64,000 nt of DNA. It comes from an uncultured Planctomycetaceae bacterium. GTDB lineage: Bacteria; Planctomycetota; Planctomycetia; Pirellulales; UBA1268. Within the stretch, counting starts at the first letter, position 1. Every line of letters begins with the position of its first letter. This document shows, in pieces, positions 53,223 through 61,810 of the stretch. The stretch spans positions 1,563 to 65,562 of the forward strand of contig CAISJI010000055.1 of assembly GCA_903885565.1 (NCBI GenBank), in the 5' to 3' direction. Both the position numbers and the translations under genes were made by a program. The notes beneath the pieces were generated by a model. That model worked only from the letters and a program-made list of their open reading frames with translations. It did no database searches and was not told the DNA's origin.

Positions 53223-55352
53223 ATGCCCTCCCCACCGACTCTCCTTGCCGCTGTTCTCTGGAGCCTCATCTTCGCCATGCCAGCCACTTTATCCGCCGAG
53301 CCACTCCCCGCCGATCTCCCCCCCGACCCGTTTCTGTGGCTGGAGGATATCGGCGGCACGGAGCCCCTCAACTGGGTTCGCCAGCGCAATGCCGAAAGCG
53401 TTGCAACGCTGGCGGAAAGCGGAGCGTTTTCAGGGCTCGAGGCGCGTCTCCTGTCGATCCTCGATTCCAAGGAACGCATCCCGCTGGTCAGCAGGATCGG
53501 CGACCATTTTTATAATTTTTGGCGCGATGCCGCCCATCCCAAAGGCCTCTGGCGGCGCACCACGCTGGCCAGCTACCGCACAGCCGAGCCCACCTGGGAA
53601 ACCGTCCTCGATCTGGATGCTCTCGCCGCCGCCGAACGGGAAAACTGGGTCTGGCACGGCGCCGTGGTCTTGGAGCCAGAGGATCGGCGCTGCCTGGTGA
53701 TGCTCTCGCGCGGCGGTGCCGATGCGGATGTCGCGCGGGAATTCGATCTGGGCAAGGGCCTGTTTGTCGAGGATGGATTTCAGCTGCCCGAGGCCAAAAA
53801 CAGGCTGGGATGGCGCACGATCGACAGCCTGTTTGTGGCCACCGACTTTGGTCCCGGTTCTCTCACCACTTCCGGGTATCCCCGCACGGTGCGGGAGTGG
53901 TCGCGCGGAACTCCGCTGTCGAGTGCGAGGATCGTCTATGAGGGTGAGGCAGAGGACATGAGCGTGTCGGCCTATCGGGATCCGACACCGGGGTTTGAGC
54001 GCGACTTCGTCCAGCGACAGAAAACCTTCTACTCCAGCGAACTGTTCCTCCGCCGGAATGAGGAGTTGATCCGCGTTGAAAAACCGGACGATGCAAACGC
54101 CAGCGTGCAGCGGGAATGGCTGCTGATCGAACTGCGCAGCAACTGGACTGTGGCGGGCACAACGTATCCCGCCGGCGCTCTTCTGGCTGCCGATTTCGAG
54201 CGCTTTCTCGGCGGCGAGCGGGAGTTTCAGGTGCTGTTTACGCCGACAGAGCGCACGTCGCTGGTGTCGTACGCCCCCACGCGCAACCACCTCATTCTGA
54301 CCACACTCGACACCGTGCGCTACCGGCTTTTCGTCCTCACCTGCCGGGATGGGAAGTGGGGGAGGCAGCCGCTGGCTGGCGTCCCCGACTTCGGCACGGC
54401 CACAGCCACGCCGCTGGACGATCTGGAATCGGACGACTTCTTCCTGCTGACGGCCAATCCCCTCGAGCCCTCCACGCTGGCCCTCGGCACGCTCAATGGC
54501 GAGGGCCAAGGGGGGAGCCTCGAGAAGCTCAAGGCGACGCCCGCCTTCTTTGACGCCACCAAACTCGCAGTCACGCAGCACGAGGCTCGCTCCAAGGATG
54601 GAACCCGCATCCCCTATTTCCAGATCGCCCGCGCCGATCTGCCGCTCGATGGCTCAACTCCCACGCAGCTCTACGGCTACGGCGGCTTTGAGATTCCGCT
54701 GGTGCCGGGCTACGACCCGTTGGCCGGAGCCGCCTGGCTGGAGAGCGGAAATGTCTCGGTGATCGCCAATATCCGCGGCGGGGGTGAGTTCGGGCCGGCT
54801 TGGCATCAGGCGGCCCTGAAAGCCAACCGTCCGCGGGCCTATGAAGACTTTATCGCTGTGGCTGAGGATCTCGTCGCCAGACGCATCACGTCGCCAGCGA
54901 GGCTGGGGATCAAGGGAGGCAGCAATGGCGGCCTGCTGGTGGGCAACATGTACACGATGCGACCGGAGCTCTTTGGGGCGGTGGTCTGCCAGGTTCCGCT
55001 GCTCGACATGCGCCGGTTCCACACGCTCCTGGCGGGCGCCAGCTGGATGGGGGAATACGGGAATCCCGACCTGCCGGAGGAATGGGCCTTTATTCAGTCG
55101 TTCTCTCCCTACCACAATGTCGACCCTGCCCAGACCTACCCGCCGCTGTTGATCACCACCTCCACCCGCGACGATCGCGTTCACCCGGCGCATGCGCGGA
55201 AGATGACAGCGCGGCTGCGGGAGATGGGCAAGGACGTTCTCTACTACGAAAACATCGAGGGGGGCCACGGAGGCGCTGCCGACAACAAGCAGCGGGCCTT
55301 CATGGATGCCTTGGGGTGGACGTTCCTGCGGCAGAAACTCCGGGCCGATTGA
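53223..55352 (+). CDS. prolyl oligopeptidase family (S9A) serine peptidase
   Basis: Signal peptide, beta-propeller region, catalytic domain with GGSNGGLLVG (Ser nucleophile), DDRVHP and GGHG. Confidence 0.85.
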   Translation: MPSPPTLLAAVLWSLIFAMPATLSAEPLPADLPPDPFLWLEDIGGTEPLNWVRQRNAESVATLAESGAFSGLEARLLSILDSKERIPLVSRIGDHFYNFWRDAAHPKGLWRRTTLASYRTAEPTWETVLDLDALAAAERENWVWHGAVVLEPEDRRCLVMLSRGGADADVAREFDLGKGLFVEDGFQLPEAKNRLGWRTIDSLFVATDFGPGSLTTSGYPRTVREWSRGTPLSSARIVYEGEAEDMSVSAYRDPTPGFERDFVQRQKTFYSSELFLRRNEELIRVEKPDDANASVQREWLLIELRSNWTVAGTTYPAGALLAADFERFLGGEREFQVLFTPTERTSLVSYAPTRNHLILTTLDTVRYRLFVLTCRDGKWGRQPLAGVPDFGTATATPLDDLESDDFFLLTANPLEPSTLALGTLNGEGQGGSLEKLKATPAFFDATKLAVTQHEARSKDGTRIPYFQIARADLPLDGSTPTQLYGYGGFEIPLVPGYDPLAGAAWLESGNVSVIANIRGGGEFGPAWHQAALKANRPRAYEDFIAVAEDLVARRITSPARLGIKGGSNGGLLVGNMYTMRPELFGAVVCQVPLLDMRRFHTLLAGASWMGEYGNPDLPEEWAFIQSFSPYHNVDPAQTYPPLLITTSTRDDRVHPAHARKMTARLREMGKDVLYYENIEGGHGGAADNKQRAFMDALGWTFLRQKLRAD

Positions 55353-56052
55353 ATTCGGCTGCCAGCCCCATCCGCTCCAGCAGCACTCTCGGCACGCCGA
55401 TGCCGAGCAGATGCACCGGGCCGGTGAAATCGGCGGCGCCCACTGCAGCAAAGCCGGCTTTCTGCGCGACAAATGTCGCCGTCACATCGGCCCGCACGCA
55501 CCTGCCCAGCGGCAGGCCACTGTCGCAGTCCATCCCCGAGGGGAGATCGACGGCAAACACGCGGAGGCGCGCGTGAGGAGCCTGCCTGACGGCATTGATG
55601 GCGGCGATCGCCGTGGCCACCGGCCCCGACACCACTCCGACGGCCCCAGTGCCGAGCAGAGCATCCACGATCCAGTCGGCCTGCGCCGCCCCGAGTGCCC
55701 GACGCCACTGGTCTTCACCGGCCCGGGAGAGGTCCTCAACCGGCAACCCTGCCCGCTCCACCACGCGGTAATTGACGGCCGCATCCCCCGTCAGGGAGGC
55801 AGGGGGCAGAGCCAACAGCAACCGCACGCCGATCCCCATGGCATCGAGATGCCTGGCGATCACGAATCCGTCGCCGGCATTGTTCCCCTTGCCGCAGACA
55901 ACGCAGACGCGGCAGGCGAGCGGCAGGAGCCCGGCCAGCAGTTCGGCGGCATGGCAGCCGGCATTTTCCATCAGAACGAGGCCCGCCAGCCCGAATTCCT
56001 CGCTGGCGCAGCGGTCCACATCGCGCAGTTCCAACCGCGTCAGGCTCTTCAT
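55300..56052 (-). CDS. nnrE: NAD(P)H-hydrate epimerase (YjeF N-terminal domain)
   Basis: LMENAGCHAAE, VVCGKGNNAGDGFVIARHL, DALLGTG. The 3' end overlaps the convergent peptidase gene by 53 nt. Confidence 0.8.
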   Translation of the reverse strand: MKSLTRLELRDVDRCASEEFGLAGLVLMENAGCHAAELLAGLLPLACRVCVVCGKGNNAGDGFVIARHLDAMGIGVRLLLALPPASLTGDAAVNYRVVERAGLPVEDLSRAGEDQWRRALGAAQADWIVDALLGTGAVGVVSGPVATAIAAINAVRQAPHARLRVFAVDLPSGMDCDSGLPLGRCVRADVTATFVAQKAGFAAVGAADFTGPVHLLGIGVPRVLLERMGLAAEFNRPGVSAAGTSTPRHP

Positions 56053-56280
56053 GGTGTGGGAAGCTCCGCGCTTGTGGCTGCCTGCTCAGGTGGGAAAATT
56101 GGATCGATCGGCTTCTTCCCGCGGACATTGATCATATCGAAGGCTGGCCGACGATCCTCCGGAGATCGGCGGAAAAACCCCGAGAGAGCGCGGGTGTGGG
56201 GGCGGCTTCTTGCGGCTCCCCATCGGGATTCGTACAACTTGGCAGTCGGAACAAGAGTCTCTTTCCTTCAGGGGATTTCC

Positions 56281-57543
56281 ATGGCTGCCAGCGCCTCCCG
56301 CACCTCCGCCCGCCTGCCAGAAGCCAAGAATCTGCCCACCGCCCTCGACAAGGCGCTCGACGCCGGCAGTGGCATGCTCCGCCTCTCCCCAACCTGGGTG
56401 CCCCGCAGCTTCCTGCATCCCGGCAAGCGCCTCCGCCTGCATCCTGAAGACTACTACTCATACGGGCTCGACCGCGGCGGCATCGACGAGCGCTGGTTTG
56501 CCAGCACCACCGAGGCGGCCAATGAGAACCGCACGCCCGACGAGGGCCTGAGCTGGTGCGTGTTCGGCGGCGAGCGATTCCTGCTGCGCGACGCCGTCGC
56601 CGAGGGGGGCGCGAAACTGGTCGGGAAGGGGATCTGGGACCGCTATAAGAAATGGCCCGTGTACTCGAAGTTCTTCGACAACATGGGGCCGATCCCGCAC
56701 CACATGCACCAGTCGTTCGAGGACGCCAAGCTGGTCGGCCAGGAGGGTAAGCCGGAGAGCTACTACTTTCCGCCGCAGTACAACAATTGCGACAACAACT
56801 TCCCCTACACGTTCATGGGGCTGGAACCGGGCACCACGCGGGCCGATGTGCGCAAGTGCCTGGAAAACTGGAACAAGGGTGACAACGGCATCCTCGACCT
56901 GGCCCCCGCCTACCGGCTCAAGCGCGGCACCGGCTGGCTGATCCCGCCGGGAGTGCTTCATGCCCCAGGCTCGCTGCTCACCTACGAGCCACAGTGGGGC
57001 AGCGACGTGTTTGCCATGTTCCAATCGCTCGTCGAGGGACGGGCGGTGCCCTGGAGCCTGCTGGTCAAGGATATGCCCAAGCAAAACCATCAGGATCTCG
57101 ACTTCATCATCGGCCAGCTGGACTGGGCAAAGAATGTCGACACCCACTTCAAGCGCAGCAACTATCTGGAGCCGATCCTCGACGAGAAGCGGTCTGACCA
57201 GGGGGCCCACGATCGCTGGATCGTCTACGGCCAGGTGGATGGCCGACAGCTCTTCAGCGCCAAGGAACTCACGCTGGAGCCGGGCGCGAAAATCCGCGTG
57301 CGCGATTCAGGCGCCAGCGGTTGGATCACTGTGCAGGGGGAGGGCCGGGTGGGCCCCCACGACGTCGCCACGCCAACGCTGATCCGCTTTGGCGAAATGA
57401 CTCACGATGAACTGTTTATCACCGCCGCAGCGGGCGAAGCTGGCTACGACGTGGTGAATACCGGACCGGGGCCGCTGGTTGCCCTGCGGTATTTCGGTCC
57501 TGATGTCCATGCCGACCTGCCTGCCATCGGAGGAGGAAAATAA
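56281..57543 (+). CDS. cupin-fold protein resembling class I phosphomannose isomerase (function unknown)
   Basis: ATG at 56281. [17 protein letters not shown] and [14 protein letters not shown] resemble PMI-type metal-binding segments. The track ORF (55306) is an artefactual upstream extension through nnrE antisense. Confidence 0.5.
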   Translation: MAASASRTSARLPEAKNLPTALDKALDAGSGMLRLSPTWVPRSFLHPGKRLRLHPEDYYSYGLDRGGIDERWFASTTEAANENRTPDEGLSWCVFGGERFLLRDAVAEGGAKLVGKGIWDRYKKWPVYSKFFDNMGPIPHHMHQSFEDAKLVGQEGKPESYYFPPQYNNCDNNFPYTFMGLEPGTTRADVRKCLENWNKGDNGILDLAPAYRLKRGTGWLIPPGVLHAPGSLLTYEPQWGSDVFAMFQSLVEGRAVPWSLLVKDMPKQNHQDLDFIIGQLDWAKNVDTHFKRSNYLEPILDEKRSDQGAHDRWIVYGQVDGRQLFSAKELTLEPGAKIRVRDSGASGWITVQGEGRVGPHDVATPTLIRFGEMTHDELFITAAAGEAGYDVVNTGPGPLVALRYFGPDVHADLPAIGGGK

Positions 57544-58601
57544 TGACCACTGACAACACCGTCTCCCGCGGTCCCCATGCCGCTCCCAAACTCCACAACG
57601 CCATGTGGCCGGGCCTTGTTGGCAAGGGGGATGGCCCGGGCCAGGAACCGCCGATCAGCCTCGACACAATGCTGGCACTGACCGCCGCCGCCAGCGTTGA
57701 CGGCCAGAAATTCGATGGCATCGACTACTTCCTGTTCCATCCTCACACCGATCCCGACGCCTCCGTCGACGACCTGCGCCGGATCGCCGACAAGATCGCG
57801 GCCCACGGATTTGCGGTCGGTTCACTCGTGGCGCCAATCTGGCCGGGCACGGTGGGCGACTCGGCCATGGGATCCCCTGTGCAGCGGGGCAAGTTTATCG
57901 ACGCGGTTCGTAAGGCCTGCCGCATCGCCGAGATTTTCAACGAGCATGGCGTGCGGAAGTATGGCGTCATCCGCATCGACTCGGCCGAGTTTGGCGTCAA
58001 CACGTGGCGTGAGCATGCTGGGCCCAACACGAAGCGGATCGCGGCCACCTTCCGCGAAGCGGCGATCGTGGCGGCCGGCCATGGCGAGCGGTTGGCTGCC
58101 GAGGGAGAAATCTGCTGGGCGGGGATGCACTCCTGGAAGGACGTGCTCGACCTTCTGGAGGCGGTCGATATGCCGGGGTCGCTCGGCTTCCAATGCGATC
58201 TCGCCCATACCTACCTCTACCTGCTCGGCTACAACGCCCCTGAGTATGCCCTCCTCCAGCCCGGCTACTCCGAAGCTGGTTTCTGGGCGGCCTATGAAAC
58301 GATGGTCGAGAAACTGCGGCCGTGGACGATCGACTTCCATGTCGCCCAGAACGATGGCCACGTGCATGGTGCCGGCGCCCACGATAAAACGGGCAAGCAT
58401 TGCCCGGCGGACGATCCTGCCGGCAAGCTCGACATCGTGAAGTGCTCGGGATACTGGCTCAAGGGGGCCGCAGAGCGGGGCATCAAGCACATCTGCTGGG
58501 ATGGCTGCATGTTTCCCAACACAACACTCGAGAATCCCCACACCTGGAACACGATCCTCCGCAAGATGATCGAGGTCCGCAACGCCCACGGATGGGCCTA
58601 G
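57543..58601 (+). CDS. xylose isomerase-like TIM-barrel protein (sugar phosphate isomerase/epimerase family)
   Basis: Barrel motifs [24 protein letters not shown] and DFHVAQND. The start overlaps the upstream stop (TAATG). Confidence 0.65.
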   Translation: MTTDNTVSRGPHAAPKLHNAMWPGLVGKGDGPGQEPPISLDTMLALTAAASVDGQKFDGIDYFLFHPHTDPDASVDDLRRIADKIAAHGFAVGSLVAPIWPGTVGDSAMGSPVQRGKFIDAVRKACRIAEIFNEHGVRKYGVIRIDSAEFGVNTWREHAGPNTKRIAATFREAAIVAAGHGERLAAEGEICWAGMHSWKDVLDLLEAVDMPGSLGFQCDLAHTYLYLLGYNAPEYALLQPGYSEAGFWAAYETMVEKLRPWTIDFHVAQNDGHVHGAGAHDKTGKHCPADDPAGKLDIVKCSGYWLKGAAERGIKHICWDGCMFPNTTLENPHTWNTILRKMIEVRNAHGWA

Positions 58602-58676
58602 GCTGGGCGCGATCCCCGTCGCCAGGCACTGGCCCCCTCGACCTTTTCCCCACTCTTCTTTTTAAGGAACGCCAGC

Positions 58677-59828
58677 ATGGCCAAACCTCTCCGCATCGGC
58701 ATGATCGGCTACGGCTTCATGGGCCGGGCCCACACCAACGGCTACAAGCGCGTCGCCGATTTCTTCGATCTGGAGTACACGCCGGTGCTGCAGGCGGTGG
58801 CTGCCCGCGATGTGACCAAAGCCCAGGCTTTCGCCGATCGCTGGGGCTATCAGCGGGTGGAATCAGACTGGCGGAAACTGGTGGCGGCACCCGACATCGA
58901 TGCCGTCGACATCTGCACCCCGAATAATCTGCATGCGGAAATTGCCATCGAGGCGGCCAAGCATGGCAAGGCAATCCTCTGCGAAAAGCCCCTGTCGATG
59001 GATACTGCCGAGGGGGAACGGATGGTAGCCGCGATCGAGAAGGCGGGGGTGCCCAATACCGTCTGGTACAACTACCGCCGCATTCCGGCCGTGACGTTTG
59101 CCAAACAGCTCATCGACTCCGGCCGGCTGGGCCGGATCTGCCATTACCGGGCCGAGTTTCTCCAGGATTGGACGATCAACGCCGACCTGCCGCAGGGGGG
59201 CGCGGCGCTGTGGCGTCTTGATGCCGCCGCCGCCGGCAGCGGCGTGACCGGCGACCTGCTGGCTCACTGCATCGACACCGCCCTGTGGCTCAACGGACCA
59301 GTCACCGACGTCACCGCCATGACGGAGACATTCGTCAAGGAGCGAAAGCACACCCTCACCGGCAAGGTGGAGCCAGTGACTATCGACGATGCCTGCTCCT
59401 TCCTCTGCCACTTCAAAAACGGCTCGCTGGGCATGTTTGAAAGCACCCGCTATGCCCGCGGCCACAAGGCCCTCTATACGTTTGAGATCAACGGCGAGAA
59501 CATGAGCCTGAAGTGGGATCTGCACGACCTGCACCGGCTGCAGATGTTCGACTACGCCGACACCGGCAACGAACGGGGCTGGAAAAGCATCCATATCACC
59601 GACGGCGACCACCCCTACATGGACAAGTGGTGGGTTCCAGGACTCGCGATCGGCTACGAACACAGCTTCGTCCATCAGGTGGCCGACTTCCTCAAGGCTT
59701 ATGCCCAGAAAAAGCCCGCCCATCCGACGTTCCGCGACGCGCTGGAAACCCAGAAAGTCTGCGACGCCGTGCTGGCCAGCGCCGCCAGCCGCCAATGGGT
59801 TCCGGTGACAGGCAGTTCGATCGCCTGA
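58677..59828 (+). CDS. Gfo/Idh/MocA family oxidoreductase
   Basis: [15 protein letters not shown] Rossmann motif, [13 protein letters not shown], and a C-terminal alpha/beta domain. Confidence 0.85.
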   Translation: MAKPLRIGMIGYGFMGRAHTNGYKRVADFFDLEYTPVLQAVAARDVTKAQAFADRWGYQRVESDWRKLVAAPDIDAVDICTPNNLHAEIAIEAAKHGKAILCEKPLSMDTAEGERMVAAIEKAGVPNTVWYNYRRIPAVTFAKQLIDSGRLGRICHYRAEFLQDWTINADLPQGGAALWRLDAAAAGSGVTGDLLAHCIDTALWLNGPVTDVTAMTETFVKERKHTLTGKVEPVTIDDACSFLCHFKNGSLGMFESTRYARGHKALYTFEINGENMSLKWDLHDLHRLQMFDYADTGNERGWKSIHITDGDHPYMDKWWVPGLAIGYEHSFVHQVADFLKAYAQKKPAHPTFRDALETQKVCDAVLASAASRQWVPVTGSSIA

Positions 59829-59881
59829 CGATCACCTGCCTGTGAGTGCGATCCGTGGGCTTTCCCCTTCGGATTGGCTGC

Positions 59882-60331
59882 CTACTTGCCGCAGTCGGGC
59901 TCGAGGGCGGTGATCTTGGCCACGCGGCGGGCGTGACGGCCCCCTTCGAAAGGGGTCTCCAGCCAGGTGTGGATCAGCTTGTCCTGAACCTCCGGCCCGA
60001 TCATCTCGGCCGACAGGCAGAGCACGTTGAGATCGTTGTGACGCCGGCTCATTTCCGCCGTCACCTGATCGTGGCAGGTAGCGGCCCGCACGCCGGGCAA
60101 TTTGTTGGCCGCGATCGCCATGCCGACACCAGTGCAGCACAGGAGGATGCCGCGGTCGACTGTGGCGTGGCTGACGCGTCCGGCCACGTCGGCGGCGATG
60201 TCGGGATAATCGACCGCTTCGTCACCATGACTTCCGCAGTCGATAACCTCATGCCCCATCCGTTCCAGCAGGCCACCCAAACGCAGGCGTGCCGACACCC
60301 CGCGATGATCGCTACCAATTGCAATGCGCAT
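59882..60331 (-). CDS. rpiB: ribose-5-phosphate isomerase B
   Basis: MRIAIGSDHRG, GILLCCTGVGMAIAANK, RAATCHD, HNDLNVLCL. Confidence 0.9.
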   Translation of the reverse strand: MRIAIGSDHRGVSARLRLGGLLERMGHEVIDCGSHGDEAVDYPDIAADVAGRVSHATVDRGILLCCTGVGMAIAANKLPGVRAATCHDQVTAEMSRRHNDLNVLCLSAEMIGPEVQDKLIHTWLETPFEGGRHARRVAKITALEPDCGK

Positions 60332-60366
60332 GAAAAGCTCCGTACGGCCCCCGATGGGGGGTCAGA

Positions 60367-61503
60367 CTACCGACGCAGAAACGCTCCGACGATTCTATCC
60401 ATCCGACCCGCCAAATGCTCGCGAATCTGCTGCGCACATTTCCGGTAGGTCGAAACGGGTCCGCCAATGGGATCCAGCACATCCTGCCGATCCTGGGCCA
60501 CCATAGCAACCCGGCCCCCAGCTTCCGGGAATTGGGCCAGAATGGCGGCCCTGTGGGAGGCCGTCATCGTCAAAATCAGATCGGCCTGCCGGACCAGATT
60601 CTCAGTGACAGGCTGGCTCTCGTGGCCGGTCAAATCGCCCCCCCATTCGGCCATTGCCTCCACGGCTCCGACGCTCGCCTTGCCGCCTCCCCACGCCGCG
60701 ATTCCGGCACTTGCCACCACCACGCCATGCGCTTCAATCTCCTCCGCCGGACACCCGAGGCGCTCGGCCATGAGCTGGCGGAAGATCACCTCTGCCATGG
60801 GGCTGCGGCAGGTGTTGCCGGTGCAGACAAACAGAATCATCAGGCTGGAGAGCCGGCGCAGCGTCTCCTCCGACACGATCCCCGGATGCACCACCTGAAA
60901 ATCGTTTTCGCCGATGGCGATCGTCGTGGGGGAGTGCGCATAGCGAGCACGGCCGTCGTCAAGCACCAGGGAGAGCGCGGGGCCGACCCTGGCGATCACG
61001 TCCTCCGCCGTGGTAGCCAACTGCCCCGGCCCGCCTACCTCCGCCAAGGCCACCGGCCCCGCCAACATGCGCATGCAGTCGGCCATCATCCTGTGGCCGG
61101 GAACCCGCATGCGAATGCGCCCGCCATCCAGAAGCGCCAGGCGTGATTCGTCCGGCAGTTTGTGGCCGAGCCCATCGGGGTGGTCGGCACCGGCCAGCAC
61201 CGCCACCGGGCCCGGCCAGCAACGCCGGGCGATCCGCTGGCCGATCGGACTCAGCAGGGGCGCCCAGTCGAGCGCTTCGTCGGCACTCTTCAGGGCCAGC
61301 GTCAGCCGGGGCTCCCCCGGCAATTCTGTCGCGATAGAGAGCAGTTTCCGCACCGCCAGCACGTCGCGCACACTGCAGGCCACGACGTAGTCGGTCTCGG
61401 TGGGAAAGGCCACGCACCGACCTTCCGCCAATGTCTGGACGGCCAGATGCACCACATCACGGGCGTCGTCCGTGGAGCGAAGATCGATGACCGTTGGAGG
61501 CAT
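60367..61503 (-). CDS. fusion protein: Sua5/YciO/YrdC-like domain + low-molecular-weight phosphatase (YwlE-like)
   Basis: N-terminal half: GRCVAFPTETDYVVAC, WPGPVAVL, RMRVPGH (YrdC fold). C-terminal half: ILFVCTGNTCRSPMAEVIF (CX5R(S/T) P-loop) and LDPIGG (DP motif). Confidence 0.8.
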   Translation of the reverse strand: MPPTVIDLRSTDDARDVVHLAVQTLAEGRCVAFPTETDYVVACSVRDVLAVRKLLSIATELPGEPRLTLALKSADEALDWAPLLSPIGQRIARRCWPGPVAVLAGADHPDGLGHKLPDESRLALLDGGRIRMRVPGHRMMADCMRMLAGPVALAEVGGPGQLATTAEDVIARVGPALSLVLDDGRARYAHSPTTIAIGENDFQVVHPGIVSEETLRRLSSLMILFVCTGNTCRSPMAEVIFRQLMAERLGCPAEEIEAHGVVVASAGIAAWGGGKASVGAVEAMAEWGGDLTGHESQPVTENLVRQADLILTMTASHRAAILAQFPEAGGRVAMVAQDRQDVLDPIGGPVSTYRKCAQQIREHLAGRMDRIVGAFLRR

Positions 61504-61810
61504 GGAGAAAGCCGCCTGCTTGAGAAGGTGCCCGTGCAGACGATGCCGGCCCTGAAAAACCGTCCTTTGAGGAAACTACCGGAGTCTGCGCTGGCCAGTC
61601 AAGCATCGCAGGTTGGGGGAAACTCTCCAAAAAATCTCGAAACCGGCCGGATGAGGCCACCGAATGGCGGTCGGCAGACCGGTTGGCCAGTTCCGCAGAT
61701 TCTTGCCGGTTTTCGGCTTGTGGCTGCGACGTCGCCTCGGCTATTTCTCCCCGGCTGCCGCGTGCTCCCCCGCTGTGACACCGCTCAAGTTCCCCCCAGC
61801 CAGCACTTTC

